From a virus, in IMG/VR virus record IMGVR_UViG_3300008120_000012, positions 1-64,000 of that record: a stretch of DNA of 64,000 bases; one strand, written 5' to 3'. The notes under the pieces were generated by a model. The model saw only the letters and a list, made by a program, of their open reading frames with translations, did not search any database and was not told the DNA's origin. The number at the start of each line of letters is the position of its first letter. Position 1 is the stretch's first letter. Shown piece by piece: positions 20,001 through 30,100 of this stretch. The translations under genes and the position numbers were made by a program.

Positions 20001-20317
20001 ATATTAGTGTATATTTTGATGACACAGAAAATAGATTTTTACCAACACATCAGGGAGTGACTCAAAGTATTACAAATCCTTTGCGTCTACTTCTTACAAT
20101 TAATGGTATAATTCAATATGTGGACTTTCCAGAATATGTCTGGCAAAGCCCACTACCAAGAGAAGGATTTATGGTTGACAGCGAAGGATATCTGGCTTTC
20201 TCTGAGGCGGTACCAGCAGGATCTAGATTTGATGCTAGAATAATGCCAGGGCCAGCAACACAAACTGAAGGAAGGTCATATTCATTCAAAGCAGTGGATA
20301 TATTACTAGGAGGATAA
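14027..20317 (+). CDS. giant repetitive tail fibre protein (~2100 aa)
   Basis: T/G/S/A-rich with GDIIYAS, TGSGNVVLATSP, VDDKNLELG and DAVNKAYVD fibre motifs. Start reassigned to ATG 14027. Confidence 0.8.
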   Translation: MASGLTPIYLIPYPLSSDPVNVHGDVQLLAEQLEDVLFLKPDKNLSNIFTQSNIFNVNSATDAVRITQSGAGNALVVEDASNPDTSAFVIDTNGNVAIGKTTASVKLDVVGAAAISGAVTGLTFNGLTLTSAATGFTIAGGTTSKTLTLSNTLTLAGTDSTTMTFPSTSQNIVGTTATQTLTNKSLSDSTTFIVDVADATKRLQFDIGGTTNITGTFATAFTTAKTVTFQDVAGTVYVSGGTDVTLADGGTNASLTAVNGGVVYSTASALAISAAGSAGQILRSAGAAAPTWSTATYPATTTANQILYSSAANTIGEITTANNQVLVTNGSGVPAFSGTLPSGVTASSLTSFGTSPTLTTPTIDTINVSGASVAAALWNTTLTTGSISMGGALTTGSVNIANGTALAAGSVNIASGAGTGNKTVNIGTSATSGTTAITIGSTSGATSTVGINGATTVTGTLTTTGNVTVGGDLTVNGILTSINTNTLTVDDKNLELGGVVAEVVSTTGTVGSITGTGPWTATITGMTDTANLVVGSAITATNGVGSLGAGGTYVVASIVSQTSITYTATGGTTPVAGTITNITSGGPTNTTADGGGITLKGTTDKTITWDAANGNWTSNQPWNITSGNTFKINNVSVLSNTSVLGLTPTINATGYTLSGGTTAVAVTFAGGAAYTISGTNGQTYTLPSSGGTVALNPTTTIGDIIYASATGTPGTLTRLAGNTATQPSFLTSTGNGTANTTTSFTSSTGSGNVVLATSPTISGGSISGLTTLAIRDTSAAFDVTIAATSSPALSAGRALTLNMQNAARTISLAGNITVGGALTTASSFTTSGAFALTLTTTNTTNATIPAGTVTLVDLSTSQALTNKTISGLTVSTTTGTLTIPAATIAFSGANNTTITTTGATSVTLPTSGTLAANVTTTIGDVIYASATGTPGTLARLAGNTATQPAFLTSTGNGTANTTTSFTSSTGSGNVVLATSPSIAGGTHTGLTSLGIRDTSAAFDVTIAATSSTALTAGRTLTIDMVNAARTIKLAGNLDIAGTVTHAGAFTQTFTATANTSLTLPTSGTLAINPTTTIGDIIYASATGTPGTLTRLAGNITATKQFLVQTGNGTTSAAPAWGSIADGDLPSALTGKSYNGLTLTSTTGTFTLTNAKTFSVQNTLTLSGTDGSTLNIGAGGTLGSAAYTASTAYISSTLMTALGDMIYGGASGAATRLANAGTTNGTYVLQQTVSGGAAAAPSWLVSTGTGNNVLATSPTITTPTIDTINVSGAAIAAALWNTTLTTGSISMGGALTTGGINIATGTAFNGTVAIATGAGTVNKTINIGTSSTSGTTAITIGSSSGATSTIALNGNTTTSGNLTVGGDLTVNGTLTTVNSNTITVDDKNLELGSVPSATVSTTGTVGSITGTGPWTATITGMSSVAGLVVGSAISATNGTGSLGAGGTYIVASIVSNTSITYTATGGTTPTAGTITNITTTGATNTTANGGGITLKGATDKSIIWDSTNTNWTSSEHWNLASSKVFKINNTQVLSATAVLGITPSALATGFSIAGGTTSKTLTVSNTLTLSGTDGSTLNIGAGGTLGSAAFTASTAYEPAITTLAISKGGTGTGTAPTQWGVIYAASTTGYASTAAGTTGQVLTANTSGAPTWSNQSSLSVGTATNLSGTTVNSIPYQSASGTTSYISIGSANQVLAVNGTANGYTWVSPFTNPMTTLGDMVYGAASGTSTRLANAGTTNGVYILQETVTGGAAGAPSWLATTGSGNVVLATNPSLAGATLTAQLQSTLANNTGNGAGQIYLNGATGNRIDFNQNGVAGPSFTTRSVGTKINLWPNVGASTVDFAIGIEASNMWFSVDGASSGYKWYAGQTLISSLSGAGALTANSFVKSGGTSAQYLMADGSVTTSVIAAAGTLTGTTLASNVVFSSLTSLGTLTSLSVSGLSTLNSISVSGTATFSASPTVPSPTNNTDAVNKAYVDSVLAGGVPAIIPLDDISVYFDDTENRFLPTHQGVTQSITNPLRLLLTINGIIQYVDFPEYVWQSPLPREGFMVDSEGYLAFSEAVPAGSRFDARIMPGPATQTEGRSYSFKAVDILLGG
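15085..18650 (+). repeat. nested internal duplications in the fibre gene
   Basis: ~290-aa block at ~15085-15960 recurs at ~17785-18650. ~120-aa block at ~16110-16480 recurs at ~16775-17140 and partially at ~17240. Boundaries are approximate. Confidence 0.85.
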
Positions 20318-20318
20318 A

Positions 20319-23300
20319 ATGGCAAGAAAAGTATTAACAGAAGGCGGATATACATTTACCGCTTCAACAAAAACGGTGGTAGTTAATAAATATATACCAC
20401 AAGAAAGTTTAATTTTAATTACCAACGTAACGAGAGGTCAGGTTATATTTAATTTTTCTGATCCGTCATTAAAAGCAACTTCCTATACAACCTCCTCTAC
20501 TGGTGCTAACGCTACAACTACCATTGTCCTCAACTATAACACTGCTGCAATGTCTAATACAGACAAATTATCTATCGTAATTGATGAGTATGTTGAGCAG
20601 ATGATTCCTGCTGAAACAATTCTTGATCCAGTAAATAAGATGCGTGTTTCTCAACCACAATCACTTATTGATACTGACTTTGAATATGGTCCACAGACTA
20701 CTAAATGGGAAAATATTTCTCTTGTAAACAATAGACCATTTGCTTATGATAACCAAGTGCCATTAACAAACGTAACAGCAATTACAATGTCTGCTGGTGC
20801 ACGTATTGTTACAGTTGCAACAACAACACCTCCAGCAGTTGGAACACCAATTATTGTTCGTGATACAAATCTACCTTTTGCTAACGGTAATTTTATTGTT
20901 GAAACAGTTTCTGCTGGTGTAAACTTTACCTATACAGCACGTTCTGTTAACTACACATCAATTACAGCATTATTTGATGCATCTAAAACAGTTGTATCTG
21001 CTGGAACACTTTATACTGGCGCAAGAATTGGTGGCAACGCAACACTTTCTGTAACTGGTACAGATTTAAGAGTTGGTGTTACAACGACTGTTCCTCATGG
21101 ACTAATGCCAGGAAATGAAATTGCAGTTCGTGGTATTACTGGAACTAATCCACCAAATGGTAATTTCTATGTAGCGCAGGTAACATCACCAACAGTATTT
21201 GCCTATTATGCAAACCCTGCAGTTGGTAATCCAGCATCTTTGACAGGTGCTGCTGAAATTTATGTAAGACCACAATCACAGGTTGTTCATAGACCATTTG
21301 ATGGTGGTGTTTTGTTTGGTACATATAGTTCTTCAAATAACGTATCTCAATCACGTCAAACACGACGTTATTTCCGTTACCAGTCTGGTAAAGGTTTACA
21401 AATGTCTTCAGGAACAATTCTAAGACCATATGCAACTGTAGATCAAATTACTTCATCTGGTACAACGGTAACAGTAACAACTCGTGAAGCACATGGCATG
21501 CAGCCAGGAGTTTCTATTACTGTTGCAGGTGCAACTGAAACAGCATACAATGGAACATTTACAGTTGTATCATGTCCAAGATTTAATACATTTACATATA
21601 CGGCACTATCTACTCCATCTGCATCACCTGCATCTGGAGATCCAGTAGTTTCTGTCAATTCATGGTTTGGTGCTAAAAATCGTTTAGGTGTTTTTGATCA
21701 GCAAAATGGTCTTTTCTGGGAATATGATGGACAAACTCTTTATGCAGTTCGTCGCTCTTCGGTATTTCAACTAGGTGGACGTATTTCTGTAAATGCTGGA
21801 TCAAATACGGTTACTCAAACAGATGCTACATTCCCAACAGGATTTGCAAAACAGTTGGTCGTAGGAGACTGGGTAGTAATTAGAGGGCAAGCATACAGAG
21901 TTATAGATATTGCATCTGATACATCTATGACAATTAGCCCATCATATCGTGGTGCATCTAACGTAACCTACGGAACTATGACAAAAATGGTTGAAACTCG
22001 TATTGCACAATCAGCATTTAATCTTGATAAATTAGATGGAACTGGTCCTTCTGGATATAATATTAATCTTTCTAGAATGCAAATGTTTTACATTGATTAC
22101 TCTTGGTATGGTGCAGGATTTATTCGTTGGGGAGTAAGAGGTCCTGAAGGTGACGTTATCTACTGTCACAAACTACCAAATAACAATGTTAACTCAGAAG
22201 CATATATGCGTTCAGGAAACCTTCCTGCTCGTTATGAAACAGTTAATGAATCGCCATATACTCAAACAACTGCAACAGTTGCATCTGGTGATACTACCAT
22301 TAACGTAAGAGATACATCGCTATTCCCATCAAGTGGTGTTCTTATCATTCGTAATGGCTCTACATATGAAGGTGTAAGTTATTCTGGTAAAACTGCAACA
22401 TCGTTTACTGGAGTAACTCGTACTGCTGCAGGATCAGCAGTAGGTGGAACTGCAACAACTTGGTCTTCTGGGTCTGTATCAGGAACAGTCACAACAGCAA
22501 CTGGTATTCAGGTTGGACAAAGAGTACATTCTTCAACTAACCCAAATCCAGTTCCAGAAGGAACTTTTGTTACAGCAGTTGCTGGATCTACAATTACATT
22601 AAATGAAGCGGTAACTATTGCTAACCCACAACTTATATTCTCATCAATTGGAGCAACAACAGCGCAGACATTTACATTCTCTGCAACTGCTCCAACTGTA
22701 GTAGAATTAGCATATCCAACATTTGCTCCAAGTATTTCTCACTGGGGTACTGCAGCAATTATGGATGGACGATTTGATGATGATAAGTCACTTGTCTTTA
22801 CATTTGGTACTACTACCGTGACAACAATTCCAGCAGGACAGTCATATGCACTTATGTCAATTCGTGTAGCACCTTCTGCTGATAACGGACAAATTGGTGC
22901 TTTTGGTGCTCGTGAAGTAGTAAACCGTATGCAGTTAAAACTAAACTCATTTGGTCTAACATTTACTGGAACAGCACAACCACTTCTAGTTACAGCAGTT
23001 CTTAATGGTACCCCTTCAACAGCAACGTCATGGACAAATGCTGTTGCTGGAGCAGCAATACAGAATTCATCTCTAGCACAGATTGCATCATATGCTGGTG
23101 GAACTACTACAGTATCTGGTGGTGAGGTTGCTGGAGGTTTCTTCGTACAGGGTACAGACCGTCTTGATCTAACTACCGTTCGTGATTTGGGTAACTCAAT
23201 TTTGGGTGGCGGTGGAACAGCAGCAAACTCTCAGATCTACCCTGATGGTCCAGACACAATGACAATTGTTGTACGTAATCTAGGTGCATCAAATGCAACA

Positions 23301-23339
23301 GTATTCGGACGACTAGGTTGGACTGAAGCACAGGCATAA
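20319..23339 (+). CDS. large virion structural protein with repeated beta modules
   Basis: Repeated TVTT..HG..PG..I.V.G......NG.F.V......FTY modules; SD ggagga; fibre operon context. Confidence 0.65.
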   Translation: MARKVLTEGGYTFTASTKTVVVNKYIPQESLILITNVTRGQVIFNFSDPSLKATSYTTSSTGANATTTIVLNYNTAAMSNTDKLSIVIDEYVEQMIPAETILDPVNKMRVSQPQSLIDTDFEYGPQTTKWENISLVNNRPFAYDNQVPLTNVTAITMSAGARIVTVATTTPPAVGTPIIVRDTNLPFANGNFIVETVSAGVNFTYTARSVNYTSITALFDASKTVVSAGTLYTGARIGGNATLSVTGTDLRVGVTTTVPHGLMPGNEIAVRGITGTNPPNGNFYVAQVTSPTVFAYYANPAVGNPASLTGAAEIYVRPQSQVVHRPFDGGVLFGTYSSSNNVSQSRQTRRYFRYQSGKGLQMSSGTILRPYATVDQITSSGTTVTVTTREAHGMQPGVSITVAGATETAYNGTFTVVSCPRFNTFTYTALSTPSASPASGDPVVSVNSWFGAKNRLGVFDQQNGLFWEYDGQTLYAVRRSSVFQLGGRISVNAGSNTVTQTDATFPTGFAKQLVVGDWVVIRGQAYRVIDIASDTSMTISPSYRGASNVTYGTMTKMVETRIAQSAFNLDKLDGTGPSGYNINLSRMQMFYIDYSWYGAGFIRWGVRGPEGDVIYCHKLPNNNVNSEAYMRSGNLPARYETVNESPYTQTTATVASGDTTINVRDTSLFPSSGVLIIRNGSTYEGVSYSGKTATSFTGVTRTAAGSAVGGTATTWSSGSVSGTVTTATGIQVGQRVHSSTNPNPVPEGTFVTAVAGSTITLNEAVTIANPQLIFSSIGATTAQTFTFSATAPTVVELAYPTFAPSISHWGTAAIMDGRFDDDKSLVFTFGTTTVTTIPAGQSYALMSIRVAPSADNGQIGAFGAREVVNRMQLKLNSFGLTFTGTAQPLLVTAVLNGTPSTATSWTNAVAGAAIQNSSLAQIASYAGGTTTVSGGEVAGGFFVQGTDRLDLTTVRDLGNSILGGGGTAANSQIYPDGPDTMTIVVRNLGASNATVFGRLGWTEAQA

Positions 23340-23353
23340 TGAAGGAGGAATAA

Positions 23354-24658
23354 ATGCCTCTTACTAAAGAGCAAACAAGGTATACGTCTACTAACGATAC
23401 TGTATTTCTTCCTACAGTAGCAGTTGATAACGATTTTGGTGTTCGTGGAAATGCTGTTTTTAGTGGCTCTGCCACTTTTACAAATGGTTTAACTTCAACT
23501 AGTGTATTCACCATTGACAGAGTTGGTGGCTCTAATCCAAACTTTATAATGCAGGGTGCAGGTGAGCAAACATTTAGATTTTATAATACTGCTACTTCTG
23601 GATCAACTCGTGTATCATGGAAAATGGCTAATCGCAACAATCCAGATTGGACTTGGATTTGGTATACAGATTCTTTAGATAATGGAACAAACGATATAAC
23701 ATTACAAAATCGTACAAGTGTAGCATTAAGAGTTGATACAAACGCCAATATTGGTATTGGAATAACTAATCCAAAAGTAAGACTACAAACATCATCTGCT
23801 ACTACATCACCTTCTCCAACACTTGGAACTGCTTCTGGAGCATTATATATAAGTAATAATGATACAGCCTACGGTTTATTATCTGGAGTTGCTGCTACTG
23901 GAGATGCTTGGCTACAAGTTCAAAGAACAGATGGCACTGCAACTGCTTATAATTTACTTTTACAGCCTTCAGGAGGCAGTGTTGGCATTTCAATGACTCC
24001 AACATTTAGACTTGATGTAACTGGAGCAGCATTAGGGGCAACATCAGGAAATCAATCACAAATATTCAGATTAACATCAACTTCTGCAAACGTTGATAAT
24101 TTAGAATTTACAAATACAAGAACAGCAAATGGTTCTGATTGGACAACTGCTGGTTATAGATTACAACAAAAAGTTGATGCTACATGGATGGCATATATTC
24201 AATTCAATGGAAGTGCTGGATCAAACCAGGGTGGTTTATCGTTTGGTACTGGAACTACAACAACTTCTGCAATAAGCGTTTTAGAACGTTTAAGAATAGC
24301 AACTGATGGGCGTATTACTGGATTAAACTCAGCCATTCTAGATATTCCATATGTAACTAATGCACAAACAGCAGCCTCTTATTCTGTACAGGCATCAGAT
24401 TCTGGAAAAATCATAGAAATGAACAACGCTGGAGCAAATACTGTAACTGTTCCAAATCTCAGCACAGTTGCTACTGGTGCTCAAATTACTATTATTCAAA
24501 CTGGTGCGGGGCAAACAACGGTAGCAGCAGGAGCCAGCGTTACTATAAATGGTACCCCAGGATTAAAATTACGTACTCAATGGTCTACAGCAACATTAAT
24601 TAAAAGAACTACTGGCGCTACAGATGTTTGGATTTTGACTGGCGATTTGGTAGCATAA
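23354..24658 (+). CDS. tail fibre-like protein
   Basis: NIGIGITNP, GSVGI and ERLRI..DG fibre motifs; C-terminal domain near-identical to that of 1693..3087. Confidence 0.75.
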   Translation: MPLTKEQTRYTSTNDTVFLPTVAVDNDFGVRGNAVFSGSATFTNGLTSTSVFTIDRVGGSNPNFIMQGAGEQTFRFYNTATSGSTRVSWKMANRNNPDWTWIWYTDSLDNGTNDITLQNRTSVALRVDTNANIGIGITNPKVRLQTSSATTSPSPTLGTASGALYISNNDTAYGLLSGVAATGDAWLQVQRTDGTATAYNLLLQPSGGSVGISMTPTFRLDVTGAALGATSGNQSQIFRLTSTSANVDNLEFTNTRTANGSDWTTAGYRLQQKVDATWMAYIQFNGSAGSNQGGLSFGTGTTTTSAISVLERLRIATDGRITGLNSAILDIPYVTNAQTAASYSVQASDSGKIIEMNNAGANTVTVPNLSTVATGAQITIIQTGAGQTTVAAGASVTINGTPGLKLRTQWSTATLIKRTTGATDVWILTGDLVA

Positions 24659-24706
24659 GACTTTTATGCTATACTATAAATAGAGTAACTAACAAAAGGA
24701 GAAAAA

Positions 24707-24937
24707 ATGTCAATTGACTTTGATTCAGTACTCACAAATGAACAAAAGGCTGAGATTTTGCAGCAGAGAATTACTCAGTTTGCTGCAGAGGCATATCAGC
24801 ATTCGCTTAATCTAAAAACAGCAGAGACTCTTGATCAAGGAGATCAGGTAGAGCAAATCAAGAAGAATCTAGAAATTCTTGAGGCTGCTATTAAAGTTCA
24901 TAAGGATGAATTGAGTGCTTTGCCTAAAGCAGAGTAA
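24707..24937 (+). CDS. small helical/coiled-coil hypothetical protein
   Basis: SD aaggag; own extended -10 TGCTATACT at 24667-24675. Confidence 0.65.
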   Translation: MSIDFDSVLTNEQKAEILQQRITQFAAEAYQHSLNLKTAETLDQGDQVEQIKKNLEILEAAIKVHKDELSALPKAE

Positions 24938-24977
24938 TCATATATTCTAAAATACAGAACTTATAAAAACTTAAAGT

Positions 24978-25010
24978 CCTACACCTACACTAAAGGTGTA
25001 GGCTTTTTGT
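24978..25010 (+). terminator. intrinsic terminator
   Basis: cctacacct-acactaa-aggtgtagg then ctttttgt. Confidence 0.75.
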
Positions 25011-25016
25011 TTGAAC

Positions 25017-25045
25017 TTGAAATTGATAAAATTTAGTGATATACT
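25017..25045 (+). promoter_or_regulatory. promoter of nrdJ
   Basis: TTGAAA-17-TATACT with an extended TG. Confidence 0.6.
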
Positions 25046-25114
25046 TAGACAGTACTTTGAAAAAGTTAAAGTACTCTATTATAAAATTCAACTTTGAAAG
25101 GCAGTGCTTTAAAT

Positions 25115-27145
25115 ATGTCAGATTTCTTTTCTTTTCGTCTATTAGACGATTTTGTTTCTAAATACGAGGATGTTCAGGCTCCATTTGGTTTTATGGATGC
25201 TGGAGGTAACTCTTTAGGAGAGATTACATTTATTAGAACATACTCTCGCATGAAGGAGGATGGAACAAAAGAAAAATGGCATGAAGTTTGTCGTCGTGTA
25301 ATTGAAGGTATGTATTCGGTTCAAAAGAACCATGCTAAAGAAAATCGTTTGCCTTGGAATGATAATAAGGCTCAGAAGTCTGCACAAGAGGCTTTTGATC
25401 GTATGTTTAATTTGAAGTGGACACCACCAGGACGTGGCCTATGGGCTTTCGGTACCCCCATGACTATGGAGAAGCGTAACTCAGCATCTCTTCAAAACTG
25501 TGCAATGGTATCCACAAAAGACTTAGATAAAAATGATCCAGGTGCATTATTTGCATGGGTAATGGATGCATTAATGTTGGGTATTGGAGTAGGATTTGAT
25601 ACTGTTGGACAAGATAAAAAGTTTTTAATTTATGCCCCAACTGAACCAGAAATAACATATGATATTCCAGATACTCGTGAAGGCTGGGTAGAGTCTGTAA
25701 GGATGCTTTTAAATTCATACCTTCGTCCTAATCAAAATATTCAGTTGTTCAACTATGACCTTATCCGCCCTCTAGGAGCACCCATAAAAGGCTTTGGAGG
25801 CGTTGCAAGCGGTCCACAGCCACTTATTGATCTCCATACACGGATTCGTAAAGTTATTGGCTCTAGGGCTGGAGAAACGCTTGATTCTCGTGCAATTGTA
25901 GACATCATTAATCTAATTGGAACATGCGTTGTTTCTGGAAATGTTCGTCGTTCTGCAACACTTGCTCTAGGTGGAGCAGAAGATAAAGATTTTATGAATC
26001 TTAAAAATGCAGAGGTATTCCCAGATCGCAACTCATATGATCCAGAAAATCCAGGATGGGCTTGGATGTCTAATAACTCTATTGCTGCTGAAGTAGGAAC
26101 AAGATATGAAGACTATGTTGATCTTATTGCTGACAATGGAGAGCCAGGATTTATTTGGCTTGATGTTGCTCGTAACTATGGTCGTCTTGCAGATCCAGCA
26201 GATGGAAAAGATTATCGTGTTATGGGATTCAACCCTTGTGCGGAGCAGCCATTGGAGTCATACGAATTATGTACACTTGTAGAAGTACATTTAAATCGTC
26301 ATGAATCCAAGGAGGACTTCCTCAAGACGTTGAAGTTTGCATATCTTTATGGAAAGACTGTAACTTTGATGCCAACACACTGGCAGCAAACAAACGGAAT
26401 TATGCAACGTAATCGCCGTATTGGAACATCTCTAACTGGCATTGCATCGTTTGCTGATCAAAAGGGGTTGCCTACAGTTCGTGAATGGATGGATGAAGGT
26501 TACAAAACAATTCGTAAATACGATCACTCATATTCTGAGTGGCTATGTGTTCGTGAATCAATTCGTGTAACAACTGTTAAGCCATCAGGTTCTGTGTCTA
26601 TTCTTTCTGGCGCCACCCCTGGAGTTCACTGGGCACCAGGAGGAGATTACTTCCTTCGTGCTATTCGCTTTGGCGAAACAGATCCAATGCTTCATTTATT
26701 TAAAGCAGCAGGGTATAAGATTGAAAAAGATCTAGTATCTGCAAATACACAGGTCGTATACTTTCCAGTACACTCTGGACATCCAAGATCTGAAAAAGAT
26801 GTAACATTATTTGAAAAGATTGGCCTTGCTGCTACAGCACAGAAGTATTGGTCTGACAATGGTGTTTCTGTAACATTATCTTTTGATAAAGAAACTGAAA
26901 CAAAAAATATTGCTCCAGCACTACATATGTATGAAGGACAGTTAAAGGCAGTTTCATTCTTGCCTATGGGAAATCATACTTATCCGCAGCAGCCTTATAC
27001 TCAAATTACAAAAGAAGAGTACGAGTCCTACATTGGTCAAATATCAAAGATTAACTTTGATGCTATTTACAACGGTGTAGAAAATCTAGAGGCTCAGGGA
27101 GAAATGTATTGCACAACAGATGCCTGTGAGATTAAAATAAAATAA
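25115..27145 (+). CDS. nrdJ: class II adenosylcobalamin-dependent ribonucleotide reductase (monomeric RTPR type)
   Basis: RTYSR, PPGRGLW, LQNC, GNVRRSA, FNPCAEQ, LCTL, TVKPSG and C-terminal CTTDAC. Start ATG 25115. Confidence 0.92.
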   Translation: MSDFFSFRLLDDFVSKYEDVQAPFGFMDAGGNSLGEITFIRTYSRMKEDGTKEKWHEVCRRVIEGMYSVQKNHAKENRLPWNDNKAQKSAQEAFDRMFNLKWTPPGRGLWAFGTPMTMEKRNSASLQNCAMVSTKDLDKNDPGALFAWVMDALMLGIGVGFDTVGQDKKFLIYAPTEPEITYDIPDTREGWVESVRMLLNSYLRPNQNIQLFNYDLIRPLGAPIKGFGGVASGPQPLIDLHTRIRKVIGSRAGETLDSRAIVDIINLIGTCVVSGNVRRSATLALGGAEDKDFMNLKNAEVFPDRNSYDPENPGWAWMSNNSIAAEVGTRYEDYVDLIADNGEPGFIWLDVARNYGRLADPADGKDYRVMGFNPCAEQPLESYELCTLVEVHLNRHESKEDFLKTLKFAYLYGKTVTLMPTHWQQTNGIMQRNRRIGTSLTGIASFADQKGLPTVREWMDEGYKTIRKYDHSYSEWLCVRESIRVTTVKPSGSVSILSGATPGVHWAPGGDYFLRAIRFGETDPMLHLFKAAGYKIEKDLVSANTQVVYFPVHSGHPRSEKDVTLFEKIGLAATAQKYWSDNGVSVTLSFDKETETKNIAPALHMYEGQLKAVSFLPMGNHTYPQQPYTQITKEEYESYIGQISKINFDAIYNGVENLEAQGEMYCTTDACEIKIK

Positions 27146-27177
27146 AACGGCTATGGTAAAATAGTGTAGGAGATACT

Positions 27178-30100
27178 ATGACTGTTTTATCAAATCTATA
27201 CGTAGAAAAAGTAATTGCAGAACATCCAATTGCCGTATGGATGCTCAATGAGCAGGTAGACTATATCTCTTTAATTACTGATTCAAATAGGCAAATATAT
27301 ACTGGTGGGCAATGGACAGTTACAGGTGCAACCGCCACATTGGAAAGTAGTCCACCAGCAGAAGTTCCTTTTTCTAATTCAGTAACTACAAAAATATCTG
27401 GAGCAGTTAACGTAACTGCAACTATAACAAATGCTGTCGGAGATGGAACTCAAATAACATATACTGCAGCAAATACTTTTTCTGCTGGCCAACTAGTTGA
27501 TATTACTGGGCTAACTATTACTAGTGGTGCAAGTTTAAATTTATCAAATGCAATAATTGCTACAGCATCATCAACTCAGTTTACTGTTCTTAGTCAAACA
27601 ATAGGAACTGCGACATTACAAAACGGTTTGGCAAAAAGACGCATAGTTGGTAAAAGCGTATTTGCATTGCCAACGGCATCTATGGATTCATCTCTATCCA
27701 ACTTTTGTATTTCTGGTTATTTGTATGTTGATGGTGGATTCGTAGATTCATTTGCTTTTGGATATCAGTACGATGACTCAGTTAGTGGTTTAACCTATTA
27801 TGTTGAAGAAATAATTGATATAAATGCTTTTAATGTTGATCAATGGATACATTTTGCAAAAACTTTTGAGCAACCACCTGTAGGATCAACAAATGTTAAA
27901 ATGATGTTTAGAACCATAAATAGCAATGCAGGATCTGCTGGAGATTATGATTTTTATATAAATGGCTTAAGTTTAGGACAATGGTCTGAAGATTTTACAC
28001 ACATATCTTTGGGCACAACTGGTTCAACAATTTCATCATCAATTGATTTACCAAGCACATTAAAAGTTATTGATGCCCCAGCATATGGTTCAAGTTCAAA
28101 GACGGGATATTATGTTGTAGGAGATGCAAAACCATTTGCAAAAAACTTTGGAGTCCCGTTAGTTTATGGTTCTTCTAATGTAACAAAGATATATCCAAAT
28201 GTAGTTGGGGGAACCACTTACCCATCTTTAATTTTTCCAGGATATGGGTTTTTAAATCAATCTGGAAAATATAATGAATATACTGCTGAGATGTGGATAT
28301 CTGTTAACTCAGATGCATCAACTCCACGAAGAATTTTTGGTCCAATTTCTGGAACAGATGGTCTTTATATAGAAGGTGGATTTTTAACTTTTGTTATAGG
28401 TAAAAAATTTGCATCATACTTTGTTGGCGAGTGGTATCGTCCAATGCTTATTCATGTTAGACTAATTCGTGATAATGTTACTGTACTTGTAAATGGAGAA
28501 GAAGTTATTAATATTCCTTTTATAGATTCAGACGTATCATATCCAAGTGAATTTAATGGCGTTAAAAATAGAAACTGGTTAGGCTTTTATGCCTATGCAG
28601 ATACTCAACCATTTAGCGTAGATTCTTTTGCTCTTTATTCATACCCAGTCCCAAATGAAGTTGCAAAGAGAAGGTTTGTTTGGGGCCAAGGCGTAACCCC
28701 ACCAGAACTACAAAATTCATTTTTAAATTCTACAACAGCATACGCAGATTATAGTTTTTCTGATTATGCAGTAAATTATAACTATCCAAATTTTGCAAAT
28801 TTTAGACAGGGATATTACAGCAATGTATTGGCAAATACTACATCTCTTGAGTTGCCAGAATATAGTTTGCCAACATTTTATTTAGGATCTAAAAATCAAC
28901 AGACTTGGTATGACAATATGCAAACTGCAGAGTCTGCTTTTACAGATAAAGCATTTTGGTTCAGGCCAGACGTTTCTTGGAACTCTGAAACATGTTATAT
29001 ATATTTTGACAAACTTGCTACATTAAATGATAACGTAGAATCATTTTATGGATTATTTGAATTAACCAATACTGCAATAAACAATCAAGTATTAATTAAA
29101 GCAATTAATAATATTACTAATGACTATTTACTTGTTAAGGTTGATGGAGCAACATTAAAATATATTGTAAATATTTCTGGAGTAGAAACAATACTAAAAA
29201 CAGATACATTAACAATAAACACTAAGTTTGTTGCAGGTATAAACCTAACAAATTTTGCAAAGCAAAACGTACTTGGAATAAATAAATTGTTGTCTGATCA
29301 GTTTAATGTTTCTGTTTATTTAGGGGGAGACACAACTAATACCTTTACTGGATACATTTACAAATTCGGATTTGATGCCTTATACAATAATAATAAAGTT
29401 AAAGCACTTTATAATGATAATGGCATTTTCTTATACTCTAATTCTTCTAATATTTTATCTCACACATCAAACTATACTTTAGTACCTATTCAAAAATATG
29501 GAACATTTTTTGCTGATATAGCAATAGCGGGGTATTGGGAAGACTACGTTCCATTGTCATATTTTGCTAAATATGTAAGAGACTATGAAGAAGAGCAGCA
29601 TTACGATTTAGATCAAATACAGTTCAATGTTGACTATCCAGAACCAATAGAAACTAGCGCAATAGAGTCAGTATCCTCTTGGTCGTATCAGGATTTATTA
29701 AATGAATTTAGTAACCCAGATATATTGACATATGAAGACTTGGCAAACTCATATTATACAACTTGGGATGATTATGAAGATATGTCTCAAAACTCTATTA
29801 AGTATTATTACTACGATACGTCTACTGCTAGTGTAAGAACATTTGTATCTTTTCAAAAAATTATTAATGGGGCTAATGAAAATTTAGTTAATTTTACAAA
29901 CTTTGACGTTCCAAGAGTAAGCGGAGTCTTAGATACTGATGCAGTTACCACGCCTTGGGAAGATACTGCTTTTGAGGTAGTAGATGGAACTATTATTTAT
30001 CCACCTAAAAAATATAATGATTTAACTGATGTAGACTTTAATGATCTAGCATTGGTATCACATATAGAATTTAAGATTGATGGAATAATCCACAATCCAA

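Noticed and set aside
14938-20025. Long minus-strand ORFs opposite fibre, TMP and other genes
   Set aside because: Antisense shadow ORFs arising from the Thr/Gly/Ala codon bias of the plus-strand genes; no starts, SDs or motifs.
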